DNA of 59,581 nt, counting the filler. It is 8 parts of 8 records of this genome, joined end to end, with 100 filler letters (N's around TTAATTAATTAA, not from the genome) between each part and the next. Parts side by side here need not be neighbours in the genome. Positions count along the whole stretch, not along the records: positions 50,972 to 59,581 come from SRR31147125_105675; 7 more parts are not named here. The stretch is one strand, 5' to 3'. Both the position numbers and the translations under genes were made by a program. Shown here one piece after another: positions 50,972 through 59,581 of this stretch (within the stretch, counting starts at the first letter, position 1; every line of letters starts with the position of its first letter). Below the pieces are notes generated by a model. The model did no database searches, was not told the origin of the DNA, and saw only the letters and a list, made by a program, of their open reading frames with translations.

Positions 50972-53900
50972 GGGGGAGTGGTAAAGAGTCTCGGCGGCCT
51001 CTATCGCTGGTTTACCCTGTCAACCCGCAAGCGGGATCTGGCAATCCTGAAGGACCCGGAGATCCTCACCGACTGGCAGAAGCGGTTCAAGGTTTCCGGC
51101 CAAACGGTGCCGCGCAAAGCTTGGAATCATATACTGGAAAAGGAGCTCAGCACCAACGATCATGCCTACATGGTGGCGCTGCTCGAGCGCGAGCTTTCCG
51201 ATGTCCACCTTCCGGACGAGCTCGCCGACCTGTTCGAAAAGATTTACCGGGCTCATATACGAAAAGAATACACCACCGACCCGGACGTGCCCCAGGCCCC
51301 GATCATTCTGTTTGTCGGAACCAGCGGCAGCGGCAAGAGCGCCACCGCCGCCAAGGCCATCGAGCAGGTCTTCTTTGACAGCGACGTCAAACCGGAGGTG
51401 GATCTTGACCAGAAGCGAATCAACGTGATGGCGGATGCCCCCTTCTGGAAGTCCCTTGAGGAAATAGAGCCGGAACTGGACTCTGAAATCAAACGCAGGG
51501 AGCGGCTGCGAAGATACAAGCGACTGGCGAGAATCCCCTGATCAGCCGTGTGTTCCGCAAGCAGATCGGCAAAAATCTCAGTGACCTCGAGGAACAGAGC
51601 CTGATTGTCGACTTTTCGCGCATCACCCCCAACGACTTCCAGACCGCACTTTCCGGTGAACCGGGAAATTATCTTCGCCGGGCGTTTGGCAATCCGAGAT
51701 TCACCAGTATCCGGCATCTCGAGGAGGCCCACAGTGCGTTCGCCCGGAAGGAAGGAGGCGGAGGGGGCGGAGGTGTGGAGCGTCAGCAGGGAACGCTGGT
51801 CGACAGTTCCAACATCATCATCGATGAGATCATCAACGGAACACGGGACTGTCTGCTGATTGCAACCTCCGATCAACCGGAGGTCTTCGATTCGGCGATT
51901 TACCGCAGATTTGTTGAAAAGGGGTTGATCATCGATGTCTCCGAATACTGGCTCAAAAAGGCTAACCTGAAAGAAATCATCCGGATAGAGCTGATGCACA
52001 ACAACATTCGGATCCGCACCGGGGACACGGTGCCCGAAGATGGTGACATCAAGTGGATCCACCCCGAAGAGCTAAACATGGCGGTCGGCAAATTCTATCG
52101 TGTTTTCAAGGATCGCGCACTCCAGGTGACGCCCGCCTACGTCCGCAAACTGGTGGGCTATATCATCAGCCTCAAAGGAACCTTTACAGCTGAGTTCCTG
52201 GACGACCCGCTGCTCGTACGACACGCATTCGAGATGGTGGCACGGAATGCCTTCGGCGATCTGTTCAAGAAGGTAGTCAACCGGATCGACCGCACGGCTC
52301 ACTGGGATGACTATGTAGGAGATATCAAGGATACCTTCAGTGAAATGGCCAACAACTGCCTGATATACAACGTCAACGAAGAGAAAGGGGTGGTCCTGAA
52401 CGGTCCCCCGGGCAGCGGTAAAACATTCCTGGTCCGTACGTGGCTCAGCGAGAACAAGAACATCCACGATATCAGCACCAACCCGAGCGCCCTGCACAAC
52501 CCCGCAGACCCCATCGACGGTACGGTCGAAAACCTGGTGAAAATCTACGATATCGCCAAAATGATCGCGCCTGCGGTGGTGTTTTTCGATGAGGGGGACG
52601 CTCTTGCGCCCCGCCGCAGCAGCAGCGGCGGGTCACCATCTGACCGATTGACCAACAAATTCCTCAATATTATCGATGGCGAGCAGCCGCTGTCGGAGGT
52701 TTTCACCGTTCTGACCACCAACCGGCTTGACCTGCTGGACCCGGCGCTTATCAGGTCGAAACGTCTCAAGGTGCTGGAGGTGTCGGGACAACTGGCGAAG
52801 CGTGACATCAACGATATCGTCGACGCGACCATCGATAGTATCCCCCTCGAACCGGGCCTCACCGCGACAGAGGTTATCAACGCCGCAAAAGGAATCTGCA
52901 ATACCCCCGCGGATTTTGCGGCGTTCACCGAAAAGGCCCTGTCACTGCGCAGTACCGAACTGAAGGTACTGGAGAAATTCCGGGAGATATCGTCGCTGTC
53001 ACCCGAGAAACAGGAACTGTTTCTCAAGTTCAACATGAAAACGCTTACCGGCATCCTGGAGGCGGTTGGAGATAGCGGCACCCTGATCAAGACCCTGCGC
53101 GACTCCACCACCGAATTCCTCGCCAACTACGAACATGCCATCACCCATTTTGCCACCGTCGGCAATGGCGACGATTACCCGCTCTGTCACTCCCACCTGC
53201 GTCATGCTCGAGAAGAGATGTCGCAGAGTCCGACCAGGAAAGGAAAGGTCGAACTCGATGATTTTCTCGAAGCCGAATTAAGCAGAGAACCGCAGATCGG
53301 ATTTATCGTGGGCGTCGGAGCCAATGAAGTCGACGGGCTCCTCCTGCCCATCGCCACCAGCCTCAACTACAGCCTGTCTGCAGAGAAGGTGCTCGTCACC
53401 GGTGCCGTATCCGCCTCCGGAGACAGTTCCGCGCAGATGGAGATGGCCGTTCAGATGACACAGCAGTCCGCCCAGGAGGCCCTGACCCTGGTGAAAAACT
53501 ACTTCCAGGCATTAATGCCGCAATACGGTATGGCGAAAATCCTGGGTGAATTTCTCGCTAAACTCACCATTCACCACCAACTTCTCTCGGCCTCCTACAA
53601 CGTCGGGGGACCGTCGGCAGGCTACGCACTGGCACTCAACACCTTGTCGGCTATCCTGCATATCCCCATCTACAATGATTTTGGTATAACCGGCGCGCCT
53701 TGGACAAAGGGGGTTACCAAGGACGAAGTCGGCGGCTCGGTGATCATCGGCGGGCATAAAAAGAAAACCGAAAAAGTGCTGCAGTACCTGCGGCGGATGT
53801 ATATGCCGAACCAGAATTACAAAACCCTGGAAAACGAGTTTCTGATCGGCTACTGGAGCATGAACAAGGATATTCTCGGGGTCACACATTTCGGGGACCT

Positions 53901-54258
53901 CGTGCCGGAAACCATCTGGCTCGGGAAGGAATACGAGGAGTTGCTGCTCGAGTTGATCGACTATCGTATCCAATACAAACTCAAGAGGTACCAAGGTAAC
54001 GAGCTGGATGAGGCGGGAGAGGAGAACATCATTCGCCTAAAGTCCATCCTGAAGAACAAGGCGGAACAGGAAATCGTGAGAAAACTGGAGGCAATCAAGA
54101 ATTACCTGAGCAACCCCAACCACGACCCGCTCTCTTCACTGGAATCGATTTTCAGATATGAACCGATGATCGTGCCCGGACAGGTCAAAAAAATGTTTGG
54201 GGTACTCGACCCAATCACGCGACATTTCAGGAAGACTCCATCTGTCCGGAGGTATTGA
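50972..54258 (+). CDS. Large tandem-AAA ATPase (Cdc48-like D1/D2) with a C-terminal Lon-type (S16) protease domain; 5' truncated, frameshift at C run near 51535-51538
   Basis: Walker A GTSGSGKS (51317-51340) and GPPGSGKT (52402-52425); Walker B RHLEEAH and FFDEGD; SRH motifs ATSDQPEVFDSAIYRRF and TTNRLDLLDPALIRSKR; Lon motifs GGPSAG and IGGHKKK; one extra C gives RIPLISRVFRKQ. Confidence 0.85.
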
Positions 54259-54395
54259 TCTGGGACTGATGAAACATAAGGCTACCTTGAAATAGTCTCC
54301 AGAGAGTGGCGGTGGAGGCGATCTTTAGATTTTCGAACTGGTTGGTTGGCGACCGGGAATGGTCACGTGCTCCTTTACAAACGAATTTCGGGGAT

Positions 54396-54453
54396 GGCGG
54401 TGGCGATATGTTTCAGGCCGGAGAGCAGCAGCCTGAAACATATCGCCACCGCC
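54396..54453. repeat. Perfect 23-bp inverted repeat with a 12-nt loop
   Basis: GGCGGTGGCGATATGTTTCAGGC (54396-54418) / GCCTGAAACATATCGCCACCGCC (54431-54453). Confidence 0.9.
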
Positions 54454-54624
54454 GCCACGTGCATACGCTGTTAAGTTGACTCCCGCTTGAAAGAGAGTTA
54501 AAGGGTGGCGGACGCGGAGAGGGACTGAATGATTTTCGCACACAACAGGAACAAAAATTCAGTCCCCTGGTCTTAATGGAAACATTCAATCCGTCGCTCG
54601 GATTCCGGTGCGACAAGGATACAC

Positions 54625-55032
54625 ATGATGAACGAGGAACAAAAACAACTGCTGGAGGCGGCGCACCGGGCGGTGAATCTCGCCTACGCGCCCTATTCGA
54701 AATTCCGGGTGGGCGCGGCCGTGCTCACACCGGGCGGCATATTCAGCGGTGCCAACATCGAAACAGCGTCGACGAACCTGGGGATCTGTGCGGAACGTGC
54801 GGCCATCACCCATGCCCGGATGAACTCCCAGAACACGATCACAGGAATTGCCGTCGCCTGCCCCGACGCCCGTCCCGGTGAAGACGGTACCATCGAGGAG
54901 AATGGAGCGATGCCGTGCGGCGCGTGCCGGCAGTGGATTGCCGAGTTGGCCTCCTCGGCGTGGATCGTCGTGTCAAGCTCCGAGCGGGTGTACTCCCTCG
55001 ACGATCTGCTCCCACATGCGTTCACGCTCTAG
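54625..55032 (+). CDS. cdd: Cytidine deaminase (homotetrameric type)
   Basis: AYAPYSKFRVGAA, GANIE, CAERAA, PCGACRQ. Confidence 0.93.
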   Translation: MMNEEQKQLLEAAHRAVNLAYAPYSKFRVGAAVLTPGGIFSGANIETASTNLGICAERAAITHARMNSQNTITGIAVACPDARPGEDGTIEENGAMPCGACRQWIAELASSAWIVVSSSERVYSLDDLLPHAFTL

Positions 55033-55094
55033 CCTGGATATTTCACGAGCAGATATAGCCTGATAGTCAGGGAGACCTGGAGAAGGCTGCCGTA

Positions 55095-55931
55095 TCACAC
55101 TCGTGATTCGAGCGGCCAGGAACCGATAATCGCCTCGAGCAGCGCGATGAACGTCGTCCGCACCTCTTCGCCGACGCGGATGATATCGTCGTGGTACAGC
55201 GGCTCATCGAGAATGCCGGTGCCCATGTTGGTCAGGCAGGATATCCCCAGTACTTTCATACCGCAGTGAACGGCGGTGATCACTTCCGGCACCGTTGACA
55301 TGCCGACCGCGTTCCCGCCGAGAAGCCCGAGCATGCGCACCTCGCTGGCGGTCTCGTAGCTCGGTCCCGGCATGTAGCAGTACACCCCTTCCTTCACATT
55401 GATTGCCAGATCGGCGGCACATCTCCTGGCAAGATCACGAATTTCCGACGTATACGGATCGGACATATCGTTGAACCGGGGGCCGAAGTTGTCGAAATTG
55501 GGACCGCGCAGTGGGCTGTCGGTGACCATCTTGATGTGGTCCCGGATCAGCATCAGGTTGCCGGGTTGATAGTCGACGTCGAGGCTGCCGGCCGCGTTGG
55601 TCACGATCAGGTTGTCGATGCCGAGCAGTTTCATGCAGCGCACCGGGAACACCACCTGATCGAGGGAAAAACCCTCGTAGTAGTGCAACCTTCCCTGCAT
55701 CACCACCACCGGCTTGTCCTCCAGGACCCCGATCACCATCTGGCCGTAGTGTCCTTCAACCGTGGAAGTGTTGAAATACGGGATAGTCTCGTAGGGGATC
55801 ACCACCGGCTCTTTCACGTGGTCGCCAAGCGCACCGAGTCCGGAACCGAGAATGATACCGATCCTCGGGGATACGGGGATCTGTTTCTCGATGAAGGCCG
55901 CCGCCTGCTCGAGCTGTGTCATCAGTTCCAT
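55095..55931 (-). CDS. punA: Purine nucleoside phosphorylase (trimeric PunA/XapA family)
   Basis: ILGSGLG, STVEGH.G, QGRLHYYEG, TNAAG, GPSYET, VGMSTVPE. Confidence 0.93.
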   Translation of the reverse strand: MELMTQLEQAAAFIEKQIPVSPRIGIILGSGLGALGDHVKEPVVIPYETIPYFNTSTVEGHYGQMVIGVLEDKPVVVMQGRLHYYEGFSLDQVVFPVRCMKLLGIDNLIVTNAAGSLDVDYQPGNLMLIRDHIKMVTDSPLRGPNFDNFGPRFNDMSDPYTSEIRDLARRCAADLAINVKEGVYCYMPGPSYETASEVRMLGLLGGNAVGMSTVPEVITAVHCGMKVLGISCLTNMGTGILDEPLYHDDIIRVGEEVRTTFIALLEAIIGSWPLESRV

Positions 55932-56885
55932 CTAGTTTTCCCCTTTATCGAATATTTTACCGATCGATGCCGGCGGTTGTGAGCGACCGACCCAGCCGAT
56001 CAGAATCACGATTGTCAGGATGTACGGCAGCGTCGCAAGCAGGCTCGACGGAATCGGCACCCCTTTGGCGCCCATGAAAATCTCGAGCCCCTTGGCTCCG
56101 CCGAAAATGAGGCAGGCAAGCAGTGCCCCCTGGGGTTTCCACTTGCCGAAAATCATCGCCGCCAGTGCGATGAACCCGTGCCCCGAGATGAGTGTATTGT
56201 TGAATCGCGATACCACCGCAATGGACATCGCCGCCCCGCCAAGACCGGCCAGAAAGCCGGACATGATCACCGCCCCGTAGCGGATTTTGAAAACGGAGAT
56301 CCCGAGTGAGTCGGCCGCTTCGGGATGCTCCCCGACGGCCCGCAGCCGCATCCCCAACTTTGTCCGGTAGAGTACGAACCAGCTCACGAACACCAGCGCG
56401 AACGCGAGGTAGACCGTCGCAAACCGGTTGAAGACCAGGTCCATGAACCCTGCCGACGGGAACAGCTTGCCATCGCCGAACAGGAAATCGAGCGGCAGCG
56501 GGATCTTGTTCGGAACCGTCAGTGTCTGGGTTGCACCGTCGAACACCAGACGGCTGATGAACAGCGCGAGCCCGACCCCGAGAAAATTGATCGCGATGCC
56601 GGACACGATCTGCTCCGCCGAAAACGAAACGGTGGCGACGGCGTGGAGCAGTCCCAGCGACGCTCCGGCAAGTCCCGCACAGAGGAACCCGAGCCAGGGG
56701 TCCTGGGTGAAATAGGCAACGGCCGCTCCGACAAACGCGCCGAAATACATCATCCCCTCGAGGCCGATATTGATGATGCCCGAGCGCTCGGTAATCACTC
56801 CGCCGATCGCCGCAAAGATCAGCGGCGTCGAATACATCAGCGTCGTCCCGATGATAAAGGCGATATCGTTGAGCAGTGCTTCCAT
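55932..56885 (-). CDS. Nucleoside (BMP-type) ABC transporter permease II
   Basis: ERSGIINIGLEG, GLRLRAVGE.P.AA..LGI-like motif, GFIALAA.IFGKW.P, LPY. Confidence 0.9.
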   Translation of the reverse strand: MEALLNDIAFIIGTTLMYSTPLIFAAIGGVITERSGIINIGLEGMMYFGAFVGAAVAYFTQDPWLGFLCAGLAGASLGLLHAVATVSFSAEQIVSGIAINFLGVGLALFISRLVFDGATQTLTVPNKIPLPLDFLFGDGKLFPSAGFMDLVFNRFATVYLAFALVFVSWFVLYRTKLGMRLRAVGEHPEAADSLGISVFKIRYGAVIMSGFLAGLGGAAMSIAVVSRFNNTLISGHGFIALAAMIFGKWKPQGALLACLIFGGAKGLEIFMGAKGVPIPSSLLATLPYILTIVILIGWVGRSQPPASIGKIFDKGEN

Positions 56886-58012
56886 CAGTTCTGCCTCCGC
56901 CGCTGTCGCCAGGTGAGGATCATGCGGATCAGCTTGGGCATCGCGACAAAGAAGATGATGATGCCGATCATGATATTGATCACCTCGGTCGGGGCGCCCA
57001 TCACATCCTGTATCTTCGAGCCGCCATACTTCAACGCGCCGAACAGGAGCCCGGCGAACACGCAGCCCGGGCCGCTGTTGTTGCCGATCAGTGATACGGC
57101 GATGCCGTCGAACCCGTAGCCCTCCATGATCGCCAGCGTCGCGATGCGGTGACTCACCCCGAGCACTTGGAAGGCGCCGGCAGCACCGGCGAGCCCGCCG
57201 GCAATCAACATCGACGCGACCATGCTCCGCTTCACGCTGATGCCGCCGGCCTCCGCCGCCTGCGGGTTGTGACCGACCGCCCGGAGCTCATAGCCGAGCG
57301 TCGTACGATTGAGTATGTACCAGACGAGAAACGCGAGGATGAGCGCAAAGATAAAGCCCAGATTGACCGGGGACTTGAGAATGTCCCACAGCATCGGATG
57401 TTCCCGCAGAAACGCAATACCTTCCGGGGTCCGTTTCCACTGCCCGAGGATATCGATCTGTGCCGTGCTCTGAACCGCATAGGTCTTGCCGGTTCCCTGC
57501 CGGCCAAAGGACTCGATCGTAATGGCCCAGTTCGATATGTAAAGCGCGGTCCAGTTGAGCATGATGGTCGAGATCACCTCGTTGACCCCGAACCGGGCTT
57601 TGAAATAGCCCGCCAGTCCCCCCCAGAACCCGGCCACCAGCACGGCAAACCCCACTGCGACGAAAACGTGCAGCACCATCGGCAGCTCCAGGTAATACCC
57701 GGCTGCAGCGGCGGCCAGCGCCCCCATGATATACTGGCCCTCCGCACCGATATTGAACAGCCCGGTGCGCAGTGCAAACGCGACCGACAGACCGGTGATG
57801 ATCAGCGGCGTCGAGTAAATGATCACGTAGGAGACATATTTGGTGCGGGAGAAGATGCCTTTCACGATGACCCAGTAGGCCTCGAACGGATTGAATCCGG
57901 CAATGAGCAGGATGATTCCGCCGAGCACGAAACCGAAGAGGATCGACATCAGCGTAATCGACAGCGCCCCCTGCATGAATTTTTCCTTCAGTGATGTCGA
58001 AGGTCTTCTCAT
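56885..58012 (-). CDS. Nucleoside (BMP-type) ABC transporter permease I
   Basis: GLFNIGAEGQ, NEVISTIMLN, GYELRAVG.N..AA..GGI, GFDGIAVSL.G. Confidence 0.9.
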   Translation of the reverse strand: MRRPSTSLKEKFMQGALSITLMSILFGFVLGGIILLIAGFNPFEAYWVIVKGIFSRTKYVSYVIIYSTPLIITGLSVAFALRTGLFNIGAEGQYIMGALAAAAAGYYLELPMVLHVFVAVGFAVLVAGFWGGLAGYFKARFGVNEVISTIMLNWTALYISNWAITIESFGRQGTGKTYAVQSTAQIDILGQWKRTPEGIAFLREHPMLWDILKSPVNLGFIFALILAFLVWYILNRTTLGYELRAVGHNPQAAEAGGISVKRSMVASMLIAGGLAGAAGAFQVLGVSHRIATLAIMEGYGFDGIAVSLIGNNSGPGCVFAGLLFGALKYGGSKIQDVMGAPTEVINIMIGIIIFFVAMPKLIRMILTWRQRRRQN

Positions 58013-59570
58013 TGCGTCCCCCGGCCATCAGCAGGCCGATCTTTTCCTCATCGGCCTCGGCACTGTCAAGAATACCGATGATCCGTCCCTCGAAAATCAC
58101 CGCGATTCGGTCTGCGACCGAAAGTACCTCATCGAGTTCGAACGATATCAACAGAACCGCCTTGCCGTTATCCCGTTGCTCCACGAGTGCACTGTGGACG
58201 TATTCGATCGCCCCCACATCGAGCCCCCGGGTCGGCTGGGATGCGATCAGGATGTCCGGGGAGTTTGAGACCTCCCGCGCGATGATGACTTTCTGCTGAT
58301 TCCCTCCGGACAACGACCGGGCGGACAGCGTCGACTGCTGCGGCCGGATGTCGAAGGTCTCGATACAGCGGTCGCCGAACCGGTAGATTTCCCCGTTATC
58401 GAGCACACCCCGCCGGGAAAACGGACTCCGGTGATACGTTTCGAGTATCAGGTTTTCCGCCACATCGAACTCCAGCACCAGCCCCCGCTTCTGCCGGTCT
58501 TCATGGATCGCGCACAGGTGTTGGGCGATGATCTCACGGGGCGACTTTCCGGTGATATCGTTGTCACCGAGCGTAATACGCCCACCGTTTGTTTTGCGCA
58601 GGCCCGTCAGCGCTTCAACCAGCTCGGACTGCCCGTTGCCGTCAACCCCGGAGATACCCAGAATCTCACCGTAATGCAGCTCGAGATCCAGCCCGTCAAC
58701 CGCTGCTATCCCCCGGTTGTCTTCAACCATCAGATTGCTGACGGAGAGGGCGACGGCCCCGCGTTCAACCTCTTTTTTCTCCACCGAAAACGACACCTCA
58801 CGACCGACCATCTTCGAGGCCAGCTCGCGCTCGCTCACCGCCGCCACATCCACCCGGTCAATGAACGTGCCGCGGCGAATGATCGTGCAGTAATCAGCCA
58901 CCTGCTTGATCTCGTGAAGTTTGTGGGTGATGATGATGATCGACTTGCCTTCCCGGGTGAGATTGCGGATGATCGCTATCAGCTCCTTGATTTCCCCGGG
59001 TGTCAGGACTGCCGTCGGTTCATCGAGGATGAGGATCTCCGCTCCGCGGTAGAGGGCCTTGAGGATTTCGACCCGTTGCTGGCTGCCGACCGAGATATCC
59101 TCGACTCGGGCGCGCGGGTCGACGCTGAGACCGAAGCGGGAGGAAATATCGGCGACCCGACGCTCGGCTTCGTCCATATCGAGCACGCCCAGCCCTTTCA
59201 CGGGTTCCCGGCCGAGCACAATATTTTCCGCCACGGTAAACGGCTCCACCAGTTTGAAATGCTGGTGAACCATGCCGATTCCATGACTGATGGCGACATT
59301 AGGATCGGTGATCTCAATCTGTTCGCCGTTGATCCGGATGGTGCCCTCGGTCGGGTGATACAGACCGTAGAGGCAGTTCATGAGGGTAGTCTTCCCCGCC
59401 CCGTTCTCACCGAGCAGCGCATGCACCTCGCCGCGATGGACAGTCAGGGAGATCCGGTCGTTCGCAACGAAATCGCCGAATTTTTTGACGACATCGATCA
59501 TCTCGACCGCTTTATGGGAAAAGTTGACGCTGGTCACACCCTGCTCTGGGCGCTCCGTGTGGAGCTGCAT
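58009..59570 (-). CDS. Nucleoside/sugar ABC transporter ATP-binding protein with two NBDs (start uncertain; stop displaced by a 1-nt loss near 58018-58022)
   Basis: GENGAGKT, GMVHQHF, LDEPTAVLT, LSGGNQQK, QPTRGLDVGA; one extra G gives MAGGTQ* overlapping the permease ATG. Confidence 0.92.
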
Positions 59571-59581
59571 GGGTTCAGTCC

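Noticed and set aside
51539-51541. TGA in the AAA-Lon gene as selenocysteine or readthrough
   Set aside because: The downstream coding sequence is in a different frame; a 1-nt homopolymer loss explains it.
54259-54303. Hammerhead-like core CTGATGA...GAAA..GTC after the AAA-Lon stop codon
   Set aside because: Stem III would have only 3 nt between GAAA and TC, and stem II is weak; a simple hairpin (TCTGGGACT/AGTCTCCAGA) explains the pairing. An Rfam/Infernal scan would settle it.
57288-58008. 760-aa ABC ATPase with a long C-terminal extension
   Set aside because: The extension is out-of-frame read-through over the permease, caused by a missing G near 58020.
54625-59570. cdd, PNP and nucleoside ABC transporter as a novel system linked to the AAA-Lon gene
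   Set aside because: Ordinary nucleoside salvage genes; a 366-nt structured spacer separates them from the protease gene and nothing indicates a functional link.

Overview
The window is not one locus. It is eight unrelated contig fragments joined by artificial 100-nt linkers (44 N + TTAATTAATTAA + 44 N), most plausibly from an anaerobic metagenome; taxonomic labels are my inference from gene content and composition. (1) 1-7767, Desulfobacterota-like: Cys-rich protein, octaheme cytochrome c and rnfCDGEAB, with degenerate flavin motifs in RnfC/RnfD and RnfB fused to a GltD/Nfn-like flavoprotein. (2) 7868-15890, high GC, possibly spirochaete: tex, ECF sigma with a vWA anti-sigma-like partner, DUF2164/YfcC/M20 peptidase, ankyrin protein. 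(3) 15991-21056: low-GC glycan-tailoring island with two related radical SAM genes, methyltransferases and a TPR protein. (4) 21157-27412: 3' part of a Zorya type III-like defence operon, His6-type hisA, PAS-GGDEF-EAL protein, O-methyltransferase. (5) 27513-38791, Clostridia-like housekeeping: adh, PPTase, lipoprotein plus two-component system, prmC, recA, recX, rimO, pgsA, DUF2156. (6) 38892-43906: ligA, CorC/HlyC, mraZ-rsmH-ftsL with an unusual TGTCAA operator array. (7) 44007-50871: FecCD-type ABC uptake cluster with a reduced ResB/CcsA-like pair and a signal-peptide-bearing deaminase. (8) 50972-59581: a >=1095-aa Cdc48-like double-AAA protein fused to a Lon-type Ser-Lys protease domain, cdd, PNP and a nucleoside ABC transporter. 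About ten frameshifts are each repaired by adding one base to a homopolymer run and are treated as sequencing errors. Best candidates for undescribed biology: the AAA-AAA-Lon protease, the rewired Rnf complex, and the ResB/CcsA-like plus ABC cluster.
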